A stretch of 63,874 nt of DNA, the filler included, from Barthelona sp. PAP020 (lineage: Eukaryota): the NCBI GenBank assembly GCA_040182905.1. It is 10 parts of 10 records of this genome, joined end to end, with 100 filler letters (N's around TTAATTAATTAA, not from the genome) between each part and the next. Parts side by side here need not be neighbours in the genome. Positions count along the whole stretch, not along the records: positions 44,994 to 51,213 come from JARQWU010000558.1; positions 51,314 to 57,594 come from JARQWU010000559.1; 8 more parts are not named here. The stretch is one strand, 5' to 3'. Both the position numbers and the translations under genes were made by a program. Below are positions 44,894-56,160 of the stretch, piece after piece; position 1 is the first letter of the stretch; each line of letters starts with the position of its first letter. Below the pieces are notes generated by a model. The model was not told where the DNA came from, did not search any database, and saw only the letters and a list, made by a program, of their open reading frames with translations.

Positions 44894-44993
44894 NNNNNNN
44901 NNNNNNNNNNNNNNNNNNNNNNNNNNNNNNNNNNNNNTTAATTAATTAANNNNNNNNNNNNNNNNNNNNNNNNNNNNNNNNNNNNNNNNNNNN

Positions 44994-45086
44994 AACGAGG
45001 AAGACAGTGAAGACGATTCTGAGGACATTTCTGAGTCGGATAACCAGAGTGATGATGATGACCAGAGTGATGATGAATCACAGTAA
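44994..45086 (+). CDS. Acidic 3' end of an unidentified gene
   Basis: NEEDSEDDSEDISESDNQSDDDDQSDDESQ*, open from the linker. Confidence 0.5.
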   Translation, partial: NEEDSEDDSEDISESDNQSDDDDQSDDESQ

Positions 45087-45381
45087 ATCCATGTCCTTTT
45101 TCATATTTTTGCTTCTTTCTCGGGGCTTTTTTATTCAAACTGTTTAAATTTTTACAAATTTTTCATTTCAATGTTCATATTCTGGAATCCGAAGTTAGGA
45201 GAATATAAAAAAAACAGGTGTTTGAAGATCATGTTTTCTTTTTTTTTTTTCAAGAAAATAGATTTTTTTAATTGTCTTACAATTTAAGATATGTGAAAAT
45301 GTAAAAAATGGGAAAAATCCAAAAAGAAAGGAAATCAAAATGGAAAGCAGTTTATCTTTTTGGAAATGGCAATGAAATAGT

Positions 45382-46194
45382 ATGTCTATTGATAGCAGTG
45401 AAATATTAAGATTTGAGGAAGATGAAAAAGAATCCTCTCTTCCTGTTTCATCATTCTGCCAAACAAGTTTTGAATGCGATGAGTTTATTGATAATTTTGC
45501 AGGAACCGATGAATTTTCCATTGAAATTGAGGAAGAATCTCCCAAGATATCTTGCATAACTGAATCTTTATTTGTTGGTGGTAAAAAGGAATCACTCCAA
45601 TTCGGTTTTTTAAGAAAATTGAAAATAACACATGTTATTAGTTTAACAGCTATGAAAGCTGATGAGTTGTCCCTTGATGATTTCGATTATTTGATTCGTC
45701 ATGTTGATGAAACTCCTAATTCATACATATTAAATATTGTTTGTGAATGTATTTCTTTTTATGATTCGGTCAAAAAAATTGGGGGTAAGCTATTTGTTCA
45801 TTGTTTATTTGGGATAAGCAGATCGGTAACTATTGTTATTGGCATTTTAATGTTGAGGAATGGTTTACCGTTCATAGAGGCTTTAAAAAAGATGGAACAA
45901 TTACATCCACAATCAGATCCTTGTGAAAATTTTGTGAACCAATTGCAAATTCTTGAAAAATTCTTTTTGAAACGTTGTAATTCAAATTTACCAGTAGGCT
46001 TTGATGTAGATAAATTTAAAAACGATTTGAAACAGTATTATCAAGATAATATTGGAGAATTTATTTTGAAAAAGAATGCCAAATGTGTCTTGCCTGAAAA
46101 AGACAAGTCAGTTGTGATTTTTGACAGCAAAATGAGCAGCAGAAGTTCATTTGAAGGTTTTGTTGATTTTAAATCTGATTTTGTCATTGAATAA
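45382..46194 (+). CDS. Dual-specificity protein phosphatase
   Basis: ITESLFVGG, KITHVISL, catalytic VHCLFGISRS, P...F..QL. Confidence 0.92.
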   Translation: MSIDSSEILRFEEDEKESSLPVSSFCQTSFECDEFIDNFAGTDEFSIEIEEESPKISCITESLFVGGKKESLQFGFLRKLKITHVISLTAMKADELSLDDFDYLIRHVDETPNSYILNIVCECISFYDSVKKIGGKLFVHCLFGISRSVTIVIGILMLRNGLPFIEALKKMEQLHPQSDPCENFVNQLQILEKFFLKRCNSNLPVGFDVDKFKNDLKQYYQDNIGEFILKKNAKCVLPEKDKSVVIFDSKMSSRSSFEGFVDFKSDFVIE

Positions 46195-47187
46195 TTGGTG
46201 ATAAACATTTAACAAAAGAAATTTCTTTTTTTGTCAAAGCAAAATTGCTGTTTATTTTCAGTACAATCACTTTACAAGTTAACTTCAAATGATCATGAAA
46301 TTTACATGAGCATCGGATAAAAAGAAGACTGGAAAGATTGGTGGAGTGAAATGAGATGATTTGATTTAATCAATCATTGATTGGCATTAATGATTAAATC
46401 TTTTGGGCCTCAAAAGAAAAAAATGGGAAAATTAGTTGATGATGGTTAAGAAACAAATGTAAGTTATATTTGTTGAAGATTGAAGGGGAAAAATAAATAA
46501 ATAAAAATAAATAATGTGGAAGTTCATGCTCAATGAACGGAATTTATTGGAGATATAAAGAGGTCATCAAATATCACTTCCTTAATTTGTTGTTTCTTGA
46601 CCACCTTTAGGTCCAATTTTTTAAGTTACTTGGGCATCTGAATCCACGTGAGTTTTTCCCAAACCTTAAGCTAATTCGTTTCGTTGTTCACTGAACAACT
46701 CATACCTCATAAATATCTGATAAATGTTTATTTGTTCACAAAATTTCAAAGTCTGATTGTTAAAACTTTTTTTTTTCAAAGTGATGAATGAAAATTGTAA
46801 AAATTAGTTTTAGTACAACTTATTAATTTGAAAGTAGAATTTCTTTGGAAATTTCCTATTTGATCTTCAGGCACTCTTCTGTTTTTTTTTTTTTGAAATT
46901 TACTTTTTTGAATTTTCTGAATTTAATTTCTCCTAAAATAAATATATTTACCATAAAAAAAAGATCATTCTCTTTTATAAACACATCATCTTCGTTAAAA
47001 TTATTCTCTTCTTTGTTTATCCATGATAACAACGATTAACCATGAGTAAATGAGGGACAAAACCATTGATTATCATCCCAATATTATATTATAGAGCTTT
47101 TGGAGGCTAATTAAATGCTAGGAATTTCAGGACACAAACCAAAAAAAATTGAAAGCAAATTAAATTTACTTTGTTATTGACCGACCA

Positions 47188-48078
47188 TTATCTTAAGAAT
47201 GGGTTACTTTTGTTATGAATGTTTGCTTTTTGTTTTCTTTTCAAGTTATTTGCTTTTAAAGGAGTTTCTTCAGGTTGTTTTGGATGAAATAAAGATTTGC
47301 TTAAACTATTTGTTGTTTCAACCTCAACCATTGGTGTTTTGACAGGGGTTATTAAGGATCTTCCATTTCGTTGAATACTCCGGGGAATATCATTCTGAAA
47401 ATCATCTTTTTGAGTAGTTTGTGTGATACAAGACTGTTTTTTAAAACATTCATCTTGTAATACTTTATAAGACGCGGTATACAACGTACGTATTCCTCTT
47501 TCTCTCTTTTTCATAAAAGTATAAGTCGAAAAGACTAATAAAGAAATGGTTATATTCATTAGAGTAACTAAAATAACATAATTATCAAAATTATAACTTT
47601 TCAGCCCCCATTTTAGCAATAAATTCCATAAAAAATGAATAAAATTGTAACAAACAAATTGAATCATACTGAACACTGTAGGTTGCCACACATATAATGT
47701 ATTTTGAGACTTATTTTTGAAAAAAGGTAAAGATTTCAGAGCTTTTATCACAAAATTGTCTTCAACTTTTTCATTATCATCATCAGATATTGAATAATCT
47801 GTTTCTGAATCAATTTGTGTCGTTTCAGGATCTATACAATTTTTTGGAGGTATTAAATCATATCTTTGTGTGGCATACAAAAATCGATATGTGTTTAAAG
47901 TGAAATATAATATAGACAAAAAAGTAGAAACAATATCAGATTCAAACGTGAAAAATAAATTGAGAAATATCCCACTAATTAAAGCAATGGTAACTTTTAT
48001 TGGATCATCTTGGTATACCTTAAATTCAATCCATCGATCTTTTAAATTCTGAATATAATCTTGTACTCGTCGAAACAT
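47188..48078 (-). CDS. Nuclear rim protein NUR1/Mug154-like (DUF2418) membrane protein
   Basis: Two TM pairs, N.YRFL..T.RY.L, TLYVWQPTVFSMIQFVCYNFIH; start MFRRVQ at 48078. Confidence 0.55.
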   Translation of the reverse strand: MFRRVQDYIQNLKDRWIEFKVYQDDPIKVTIALISGIFLNLFFTFESDIVSTFLSILYFTLNTYRFLYATQRYDLIPPKNCIDPETTQIDSETDYSISDDDNEKVEDNFVIKALKSLPFFKNKSQNTLYVWQPTVFSMIQFVCYNFIHFLWNLLLKWGLKSYNFDNYVILVTLMNITISLLVFSTYTFMKKRERGIRTLYTASYKVLQDECFKKQSCITQTTQKDDFQNDIPRSIQRNGRSLITPVKTPMVEVETTNSLSKSLFHPKQPEETPLKANNLKRKQKANIHNKSNPFLR

Positions 48079-48124
48079 AAATAATATAACAAAAAAAAAA
48101 AGAACTTTATCAAAATAGAACTTG

Positions 48125-48985
48125 TCAATCTGAAATAACTTCAGCATAATCAAATTCATCCTCCATTCCTTCATTTAATTGATTTTCCAAAATAAAATAA
48201 TCGTTTTTGGATTGAATGTATCTTTTTACCGAAATATTTCGCTTAGGATTCAAAGAAATTGTTTGTAAGTCAACTATTGGAATGCCAAAATGAGATACAA
48301 GAGCTACTATTTGATTACACACTTGAGCACCTAAAATAACACTTAGAACAATATTAAATTCTTGCTTGCTTGATAAATTCCTTGATAATTCAATATTATC
48401 AATGTTTTTCAAAGTAAATCCTTCAACAAATCCAACATAATTTATTTTTGTTGTTTCCTCTTTATTTTTTATTTCTTGTGTGTATTTATATTGATGTTCT
48501 GCACAATCAATAAAAATGTATCCATGATTCATTGTACAATTGACAGCAATGAAGGGTCTTTTACATAAATGACAACTATCATTTAAAATTATTAATTCAT
48601 CTGTATTTGAACCATTATAAACGATACAATCAAATTCTAATGGATTAAATGTTGATAAGTCAAAAATTTTGGAGCAAATTTTAATTGTGTGATTCATTTG
48701 ACTGAATTCTTCTACCAATGCTTCAGAAAATAATTGATTTGAATCATCAACTGAACTCTTATAAAAAGATTTCACATCTTTATTCAACAAAGTTGAGAAT
48801 AACACAATTTCTCCAAATCCCATTAATACTACGTTTTTAATAAGCTCATCCACACTAGATGAATCAAATATTACTGCAATTTTTCCATTTTTGATGGATC
48901 TTTGAACATCTTTTCCCCATAATCTCATTTGACGATCATATCTGATTTGTTCTTCATTTGATAATTCGTTCATATCATTTGACAT
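48125..48985 (-). CDS. SAE1: SUMO E1 subunit SAE1/AOS1-like (ThiF family)
   Basis: LSNEEQIRYDRQMRLWG.DVQ, ELIKNVVLMG, GYIFID, SVILGAQVCNQIV. Confidence 0.75.
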   Translation of the reverse strand: MSNDMNELSNEEQIRYDRQMRLWGKDVQRSIKNGKIAVIFDSSSVDELIKNVVLMGFGEIVLFSTLLNKDVKSFYKSSVDDSNQLFSEALVEEFSQMNHTIKICSKIFDLSTFNPLEFDCIVYNGSNTDELIILNDSCHLCKRPFIAVNCTMNHGYIFIDCAEHQYKYTQEIKNKEETTKINYVGFVEGFTLKNIDNIELSRNLSSKQEFNIVLSVILGAQVCNQIVALVSHFGIPIVDLQTISLNPKRNISVKRYIQSKNDYFILENQLNEGMEDEFDYAEVISD

Positions 48986-49168
48986 TTGATATTCTTATTT
49001 GAAGCAAACAAAAATGGAAAAAAGGACTGATCACATCCAATGTGAGAAATGTTGAATGAGTTATGGCAACATAACAATTTTTTTTTCATTAGAAATACCT
49101 TTAAAACAATAAAATAAATAATTTTATCTTGTAAATTAAATGTTTTTGATTTTTATTCATCTATTTTG

Positions 49169-49864
49169 TTATTCTTCATCCGCAAACTCAAAATTTTCAT
49201 CCTTAACAGCTGCTTCAAATGTCTTTTTCTTTCTTGCAACTTCTTCTTTGATGTGTTGCACGTGTTCATTATAGATTCGTTGTTCTTCATCAGATTTTTC
49301 TTTTAATAAAGCAAGAGAACGTGCATGAGGTCTAAAATCTAACATTTGAGGGAAGTGCAATCCAACTAACTTTTGTAATTTATGTCTAATTCTTGCTTGA
49401 ATAAGTTCATCACAACTAGATAACCACAAAGTAATATGATTATCACGGTTACGAATGGTTAAGACAACACCAACAATTGAAGGTTCCAACAAAGATTCAC
49501 CAGCGCAAGAAAATATTATTCTTTCCCAAAACCAGTTAAGAGCTTCAAAATTTTTGGGAAGTTTAATGATTAAAGATCCACCTTCCTTATATTCCTCCCA
49601 AGATGGAACAACTTCGTTTCTAAAAATATGATAACTATTTCCTTCACCAAGCTCAGAAGGACGTTTTAAACAATTGTATAATCTGTAAAAACCTTCAACA
49701 GTGGTTGCTGATCCCAAAGATTTCAAATGAGATTCCCAATCTGATTCCGAATTGACAGACTTTTCAGGTTTTTCACCAAACCAAAATGTCCATCCTTCAT
49801 GTAAATTGTGTCCTTTTGAAGTACCTACAGGGGTAACAACACTGTGAGAACGTGGTCTGCTCAT
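49169..49864 (-). CDS. eIF4E family cap-binding protein
   Basis: HNLHEGWTFWF, TVEGFY, YHIFRNEVVPSWEE, WERIIFSCAGE, GVVLTIR..ITLW. Confidence 0.9.
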   Translation of the reverse strand: MSRPRSHSVVTPVGTSKGHNLHEGWTFWFGEKPEKSVNSESDWESHLKSLGSATTVEGFYRLYNCLKRPSELGEGNSYHIFRNEVVPSWEEYKEGGSLIIKLPKNFEALNWFWERIIFSCAGESLLEPSIVGVVLTIRNRDNHITLWLSSCDELIQARIRHKLQKLVGLHFPQMLDFRPHARSLALLKEKSDEEQRIYNEHVQHIKEEVARKKKTFEAAVKDENFEFADEE

Positions 49865-50148
49865 CAAAAAAAAAAAAATAAAATAAACTTTGGTCAAAAG
49901 AAATTTTTTGTTCTTTACAATTTGTTTAGTATTATCAGAACAAGATATTTTTGTTTGATACACACTTTTCTTTTAACTTTTAAAAACAAAAAATCTATCC
50001 ATCATCAATTTAAAATACTTTTAAAATTGTTATTCATTATAAAAATCTTTAGTTTTTGAAAAGCTAGATTTGATTCTAGATAATGATTCAGAAAACAAAA
50101 AGATATTGAACAAACTTATTCAAAAATAAAACCGAAATGACTTTATAA

Positions 50149-50780
50149 TTAGCGTTTACGAACTTCAACTAACAAATTTTCAAATACTTCACGGATACTG
50201 GACAACAAATGTTTTTCAACAGCTTTAATTCCTTTCTTTCTTAAATCTTTATCCTTTTCTTTGGACTCAATTTCATATTCAAGTTCATTAATATCTTCAG
50301 TATTATCCCAATCATCAAATATAATGCTTCCCAAACAAACATGATTGGATTTCAGATCCTCAATGTCAGAATCGGAATCGCTATATACTGAAACCTCTTC
50401 TTCTTTCTTTTCTTTTGGTTCAACAACCTCATCAACTTGTCCCAACGCATCTTCAACATCTTCAACAACAGTTTCTTCAAATATCCAGTTTAAATTAAGA
50501 TTAAAGTTGTAAATTAGACTGAGTTTCTTTTTTCGTAAATTCAAACTGCAAACACCATCAATGTTTTTCAGTTTAGAGATCTTAACTTGATAATCTTCAT
50601 TGGAAAATGCTATACGCTCAAGATGCTCTCTCAAATAATTTTCTGCAAATTCCATTTGATCACGTTCTTCCCAACTCCATCCATCTTTGTTCTAAGAGTG
50701 TTAGATTTTCAACACATTGTAACTGAAAAGAAAAAGAAGAATAAATCATAAAAACATACCCAAGCAGAAGTAGATCCCAT
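50149..50780 (-). CDS. Hsp90 activator Aha1 N-terminal domain protein (exons 50780-50760 and 50691-50149)
   Basis: Removing the 68-nt intron GTATGT...CTAACACTCTTAG gives MGSTSAWNKDGWSWEERD; IDGVCSLNLRKKKLSLIYNFNLNLNW. Confidence 0.85.
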
Positions 50781-50861
50781 ATTAAAAAGAATATTATGAG
50801 TCAAAAAAAAAAAAAAAAAAAAGAGAATGAGAAGGAGAAGTAAAAATCTTTCTTTTATCCA

Positions 50862-51179
50862 ATGACGACATATCAAAAAGAACCAAAACTACGCATGGAC
50901 GCGTGGACGAAAGGACGTAACAATGCAAAACAATATACAATTTTTGATGAAGACCATACCATTGGAAACTTGTTACAAACAGCAATTATGGCTGACGAAT
51001 CTGTCGAATTTTGTGGATATCATAATCCCCATCCATTAGAAAGAAAAATTGTTTTGAGAGTTCAGGCAAAAGATGAATCTGATCAATCAGGTGCTGTCAC
51101 TGCCTTTTATAACGCAGTTGATAATTTAAAAAATACATTCACAAATTTATCCGAACAACTTGATTTGCAAACAAAATGA
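50862..51179 (+). CDS. RNA polymerase subunit of the RPB11/RPAC2 (AC19) family
   Basis: EDHTIGNLL...VEFCGYHNPHPLERKIVLRVQ; mixes RPB11 and AC19 features, so the paralog is unresolved. Confidence 0.9.
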   Translation: MTTYQKEPKLRMDAWTKGRNNAKQYTIFDEDHTIGNLLQTAIMADESVEFCGYHNPHPLERKIVLRVQAKDESDQSGAVTAFYNAVDNLKNTFTNLSEQLDLQTK

Positions 51180-51751
51180 ATTCTGTTTTTTACTTTGATA
51201 ATTTCTTTTTTTANNNNNNNNNNNNNNNNNNNNNNNNNNNNNNNNNNNNNNNNNNNNTTAATTAATTAANNNNNNNNNNNNNNNNNNNNNNNNNNNNNNN
51301 NNNNNNNNNNNNNTGGTAATTGCCGTTGTGTTATTAGTTGTTATTTATTTCATATTTGGCAGTTTATGTGGTTTCACTGCTCAATGCTTGCGTTCATGAA
51401 GTGATTATGTAAATATTCATTATTTGTTTTTGTTTTACTTTATTTTCGTAAAAACAAAAATGAAAGATTTTCAACACACTCTTTTTATGAAAAATAATGT
51501 TTAGAAAAAATGATAACAGTGATTTTATTGATTGATATTTTTTATTTGGTTGAGAAAAGATGGTTGTCATTAAAAAAGATCAAAATCAGTAAAGGGAAGG
51601 GAATTTGGGGAATTCAAAAAGAACTTCAAACGAAATTGCAGGATTTGCATGCCAATCAATCAAAATCCTTTTTGTCGTTTTTTTTTTTGTTCCTGTTCCA
51701 AAGCAATAAAGAAATTACTTTATTACATAATATTTTTTTTTAGTGATAGAA

Positions 51752-52645
51752 ATGAAAGTTACAAATTTTGAAATGGAGGAACAGCTTTCTTCCCTTTGTT
51801 ATCAAAATAACTTTAAAGATAGAACTTTTGACGAAGAACGTGCTTTATATGGTATCAAAGATGCAGTTGTTGAGAATTGTAATTTTGCTGGTCCTGCTGA
51901 TGGTGAATCGGCATTGAAAGAATGTCAAAATATTATTGTCAAAGACTCTAATTTTCAATTAAGATATCCATTTTGGCATGTTACTAATGCGAATATTGAT
52001 AACATAAACATGACTGAAACCTGTCGTGCAGCAATGTGGTATGACAACAATATGAAGATTACAAACAGTTCTTTAAAGGGAATTAAAGCTATAAGAGAAT
52101 GCAAGCACATTGTTATTGACAATTGCACTATCAATTCACAAGAATTTGGCTGGATGTGTCAAGATATTGAAATCAAAAACACAAAGATTGATACCGAATA
52201 TCCTTTTTTTCATTCCAATGGCCTTTTTTTGTCAAATGTCACTCTTTGTGGAAAATATTCATTTCAATATGTGCAAAACGTTAACATTTCAAATTCAACA
52301 TTGAATACTAAAGATATGTTTTGGCATTCTAAAAATGTTACCATTACTGATTGTGTAATTACTGGGGCCTATTTGGCATGGTATGCTGAAAATATTACCT
52401 TTATTCGTTGCAAAATTATTGGCACTCAACCCCTTTGTTATGTAAAGGGATTGGTTCTTGAAGATTGTGAAATGATTGATTGTGACCTTTCTTTTGAAAG
52501 AAGTGAAAACATTTTTGCATCGATCAATGGTTTTGTCACCAGTATTAAGAACCCAATCAACGGAAAAATTTCTGCAGACAAAATTGGAGAAATCATTTTG
52601 GAGTTTCCTTCTTCTTGTGAAATCAATTCCAAATCATTGTTATGA
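51752..52645 (+). CDS. DUF3737 family beta-helix protein, bacterial-like
   Basis: FDEERALYG, DGESALKE, LRYPFWH, CRAAMWY, GIKAIREC, GKYSFQY, TKDMFWH, G.YLAWY, GTQPLCY, DLSFE.S. Confidence 0.85.
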   Translation: MKVTNFEMEEQLSSLCYQNNFKDRTFDEERALYGIKDAVVENCNFAGPADGESALKECQNIIVKDSNFQLRYPFWHVTNANIDNINMTETCRAAMWYDNNMKITNSSLKGIKAIRECKHIVIDNCTINSQEFGWMCQDIEIKNTKIDTEYPFFHSNGLFLSNVTLCGKYSFQYVQNVNISNSTLNTKDMFWHSKNVTITDCVITGAYLAWYAENITFIRCKIIGTQPLCYVKGLVLEDCEMIDCDLSFERSENIFASINGFVTSIKNPINGKISADKIGEIILEFPSSCEINSKSLL

Positions 52646-52984
52646 TTACAATGAAGCATCCAATTTTTCGAACTATTGCAAATTCTTTGTTTTCAAGTCA
52701 TAAAACACCCCATTCGGATGACTGATTAAATCTCACAGCCTTTTTAGGTCTAAATTCGCCAAAATAAAAGTCAAATACGATTTTTTTTAGACAAACTTGG
52801 ATGATTCACATGATTTTTATCAATTTGGTAAAGAATGCAAAAATTTTAAAAAAAAAAAAAAAAAAAAAATCTCTCTTTCAGATATTGTGTAGAACGGAAG
52901 GAAAAAAGCTTTTCAAAAATTTATACTATTTATCATCTTTACAATCTTCACCAACGAATAGAAAGGGTTTTCAAAAAGAGAACT

Positions 52985-53293
52985 AATTGGTCCAGTTGTG
53001 AAACAACTATATTTATTTACAAAGAAAAAGTAATCAGAGAAAACTCATTTCATTAAATCTCAGCCACAGAAAATGAGTGGCTGCAATTGAATCTTGCTCA
53101 TCAAGTATGAAAATTTTGGAAAAATTTTCCATTCCCATTTTTTTGTATTTTCAAAAGCAAAATTTTAAAGTTTAAACTTTTCCTTAGAAAATCTTAAGTT
53201 TTTCAACAGATCAATCGGGCCTCGAAAGCCTTTAACCAAATAAACACTATTCTTTCTTATTCACTCATACGCACAATGCTTCTTGGCTTGGAA
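52985..53293 (-). repeat. Dispersed ~310-bp non-coding element, copy B
   Basis: Reverse-complement homolog of 12137-12455. Confidence 0.9.
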
Positions 53294-53515
53294 ATAATTG
53301 GGATGCATGACTATTCATTTAAAATGGATAATTTTTGTCTTCAAAGAATCCGGTGCAAAAGATGATGCCCACAACATACCAAGAAAATCAGCATCAAAGT
53401 GGACTTTCCTGAATGATTATGCAAAAAATAAAGAAAAAAAATCAATAATTTTACAAAAGAAAAAAAAGTGTGCAAATTCAACCAAAATGATATTGAACAA
53501 ACCACGAAATGAAAT

Positions 53516-54730
53516 TTAATCATCATCATCACTTTCAGAATTGTCATTTTGCTCAACAAAGAGATGCATATTACCCCCATTAACATTATTTAAGTCAACT
53601 AAATCCCAACAATGATTGATAATCATGTTGTATTCCTCTTGATTCATGTGAATACCTGCTGAAACCAACCTTCTTACTTCTGACATCGTGTGATAACTGG
53701 ACAATAAAAAAGAAAGGACATTTCCACTGGGTTTTGACAATTCCAATAATGTAGAATAAATTTCGGGTATGGAACTACTTCTAATCTGAAAAATTCTAAA
53801 ACTATTCTCAGGTTCCTTGCATCTGCCACAAACTAAATGTCTTTTATTTGGTGATATGTCACAACTACACCACAAATTTTCACAATTGCAAAAAAACCTT
53901 TGAATTTCTTGATAATTATTCATGTCAAGTGTCGTAATATATCCATCAATTGATATCATAACTAGAATGTTGGGTGTTAAGTAACGCATGCAATAAACTG
54001 CACTGGAAGGAATGAAAGAATGAATGGTTTCCCCCTCAAAGTCATAGAGAGTAACTTTAGGAGATGTATCAGCAACAACAAAATTGTCATGTTTTGGGTT
54101 AAACTGAATAGCTTTCACTTGTGCCGAATGATCAAATGAATGTAAAACAGATAGATTCTCAGAATCAAAAAGTTGAGCAAAATTATCATCTCCTCCTGTT
54201 AAAAGATATTTACCATCAGGTGAAATAGACAAACGCCAAAGATAACCACTATGAGGTTGAACTGAACAAACGATTTCTCCGGTATCAATTTCCCATTTTT
54301 TCAATTCACCAGATGAGTTGGTAGAATATAAATATTTGGAACAAGAGGAAAAACAAACCCCAAAAACCATACCATTATCTGTTAATTCTGCACAAACTGA
54401 AAAGTTGTTCTCAACATTGTATATAATAATCTGATGAGATTCAGAACATGAAGCTAAATACTTGCCATCAAATGAAAAAGCAACTCCATCCACATATGTT
54501 GTATGTTCAGTCAATGTTAATTTGTGTTCATTTTTCTCCCCATCAAAAATGAGAACATCTCCTCTGTAATTTATAATTGCCAAATTTTTTCCATCTGGTG
54601 AATATCTACAATCCATCATAAAATATGAAAGTAATCCTTCAAAGATTTTCACATTTTCCTCAACAATTTCAAATTTCAATAACTCTGTGATTGTTTTTTC
54701 AATTTCTTCTTTCTTCAATTCACTGTACAT
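53516..54730 (-). CDS. WD40 repeat protein with family-specific C-terminal domain
   Basis: YSPDGK, HTTYVDGVAFSFDGKYLASCS, LLTGGDD; paralog of 37081-38262. Confidence 0.88.
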   Translation of the reverse strand: MYSELKKEEIEKTITELLKFEIVEENVKIFEGLLSYFMMDCRYSPDGKNLAIINYRGDVLIFDGEKNEHKLTLTEHTTYVDGVAFSFDGKYLASCSESHQIIIYNVENNFSVCAELTDNGMVFGVCFSSCSKYLYSTNSSGELKKWEIDTGEIVCSVQPHSGYLWRLSISPDGKYLLTGGDDNFAQLFDSENLSVLHSFDHSAQVKAIQFNPKHDNFVVADTSPKVTLYDFEGETIHSFIPSSAVYCMRYLTPNILVMISIDGYITTLDMNNYQEIQRFFCNCENLWCSCDISPNKRHLVCGRCKEPENSFRIFQIRSSSIPEIYSTLLELSKPSGNVLSFLLSSYHTMSEVRRLVSAGIHMNQEEYNMIINHCWDLVDLNNVNGGNMHLFVEQNDNSESDDDD

Positions 54731-55399
54731 AAAAAAAAAAAAAACAATTCAGTTTTTTTCGGTTTTATATTCTTTTCATTTGAAATTTTATTAAAATAAC
54801 CAAAATTTTTTTTTTTTTACAAAATTGAAAAGAAAAAAATTGGGTGGAGAATTGGATGAAAAGAAAATTACAATTTTCTTGAAGTCTTTTTTTTCTCTTC
54901 CTCCCCTGAATCTGATCAATCAAGGAAAATTTTTCTTTTTTTTTGATATTTGCTTATTTTATAAGTGAAAAATTTGCTTTTTTTTGAACAATTGTATCAC
55001 CATTTTTATTATTTTTGTGTTTTGATTTGCTTTTTTTTCCTTTAATTTGTTAAATTTGTGGTTAAAATGTGATTTTGATGAGCAAAAATTTTTTTCTTTT
55101 TGGATTTTTTTTTTGTTCTTTGTGTTTGTGGAAAAAAATATGGACACTGTTACTATGCAGCATGTATCTGCTTTTTTGATGTCAAACTTTATTTATTTGT
55201 TTGAATGCTGTTTCGATGCAAGCGAAATGTTTAAAAACAATTATCCCTCAAAAAGGTTTGAACCTTGTGGTTTTGTATTTGTTTCACATTTGATTTGATT
55301 TGTTGGTACCTGTTCCTGAGAGTCTGTCAGACTTCCACTTGACCACCACAACATGATAAGTTTTTTCATTGTATCCTGAAAATTTTTATCCATGTGAGT

Positions 55400-55851
55400 A
55401 TTACTAGGGTTAAGGCTATTTTACCTATTTACTAGACTCTTTTACAGTCATACTGGGACTTTTCTGGGACAATGACATCAAAATTGTTGCTCTGTATTGA
55501 GTTTGGCCGGACATGAGAACAAAACAGAGGTCATTAGGTACTTTGTTTTCCTGAACATGTGACTGAGAACAAAGGAGTCGAGTTTACTGGTTATAAGTTG
55601 AAATAATTCGACTACTTCTGAACTTAGATCACCATGTTCAGAGAATACCAAAGGAATAACAGATGGATCCTGCCGTGTCTTTCTCTGTCGGCCAACTTTG
55701 ACCTGATCCACGATAGTGACATCAAAAATCTTTGATCCATGGAGTGGATCAGTCAATAAGAGATCTCCACGTCTGTTTGCACCAAGAGGTTCACTTGGGA
55801 AAACTTTTAAACCGGCAATTCTGCTCAGAGAACAAATATGATGACATACTA
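55400..55851 (-). mobile_element. 5'-truncated RLE-type non-LTR retrotransposon 3' end, copy 1 (endonuclease domain plus 3' UTR)
   Basis: VCHHICSLSRIAGLKVFPSEPLGANRRGDLLLTDPLHGSKIFDVTIVD...RK...PLVFSEHG fits the EP..R(P/G)D...DVT...K...PL....G pattern of CRE/R2-like RLE domains; stop at 55478. Confidence 0.75.
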
Positions 55852-56160
55852 AAAAGAAACTAATAAGAAACTTTATTTTGCTTGGACTTTTGTCCGGTTT
55901 AGTTGGCAGAGTGCCATGACAGCACTCTTGTGACCATCAATTGAAGGCTGATGGCGTACCTTGCACGAGGCAATGTGAATCTCCTCACGAGAGGACTCAT
56001 ATGCCTCTTTAAGAAAGCCAGGAAGGAAAGTAACTCAGTACTCATGTGTCCAAATGATGTTAAAGCAAGCGTGTGTACCTTTGTAGGGGAATAATGAGAG
56101 GATTTGCGTAAGCACACCCTATCAAAGGTACGACCGATGCTGTCGCCTTCGACCAGGTCG
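55852..56160 (-). mobile_element. Divergent RLE retrotransposon 3'-end fragment
   Basis: ...RKSSHYSPTKVHTLALTSFGHMSTELLSFLAFLKRH...RARYAISLQL...* aligns with the C-terminus of copies 1 and 2; abrupt GC increase at 56160. Confidence 0.55.

Noticed and set aside
44938..45138. His-rich minus-strand ORF and CCAGAGTGATGATGA tandem duplication
   Set aside because: Antisense shadow of an acidic plus-strand protein tail (QSDDD twice).
49025..49050. CTGA-stem-GAAA resembling a hammerhead ribozyme core
   Set aside because: Lacks the CUGANGA spacing, and no stems I/III or cleavage triplet could be built.
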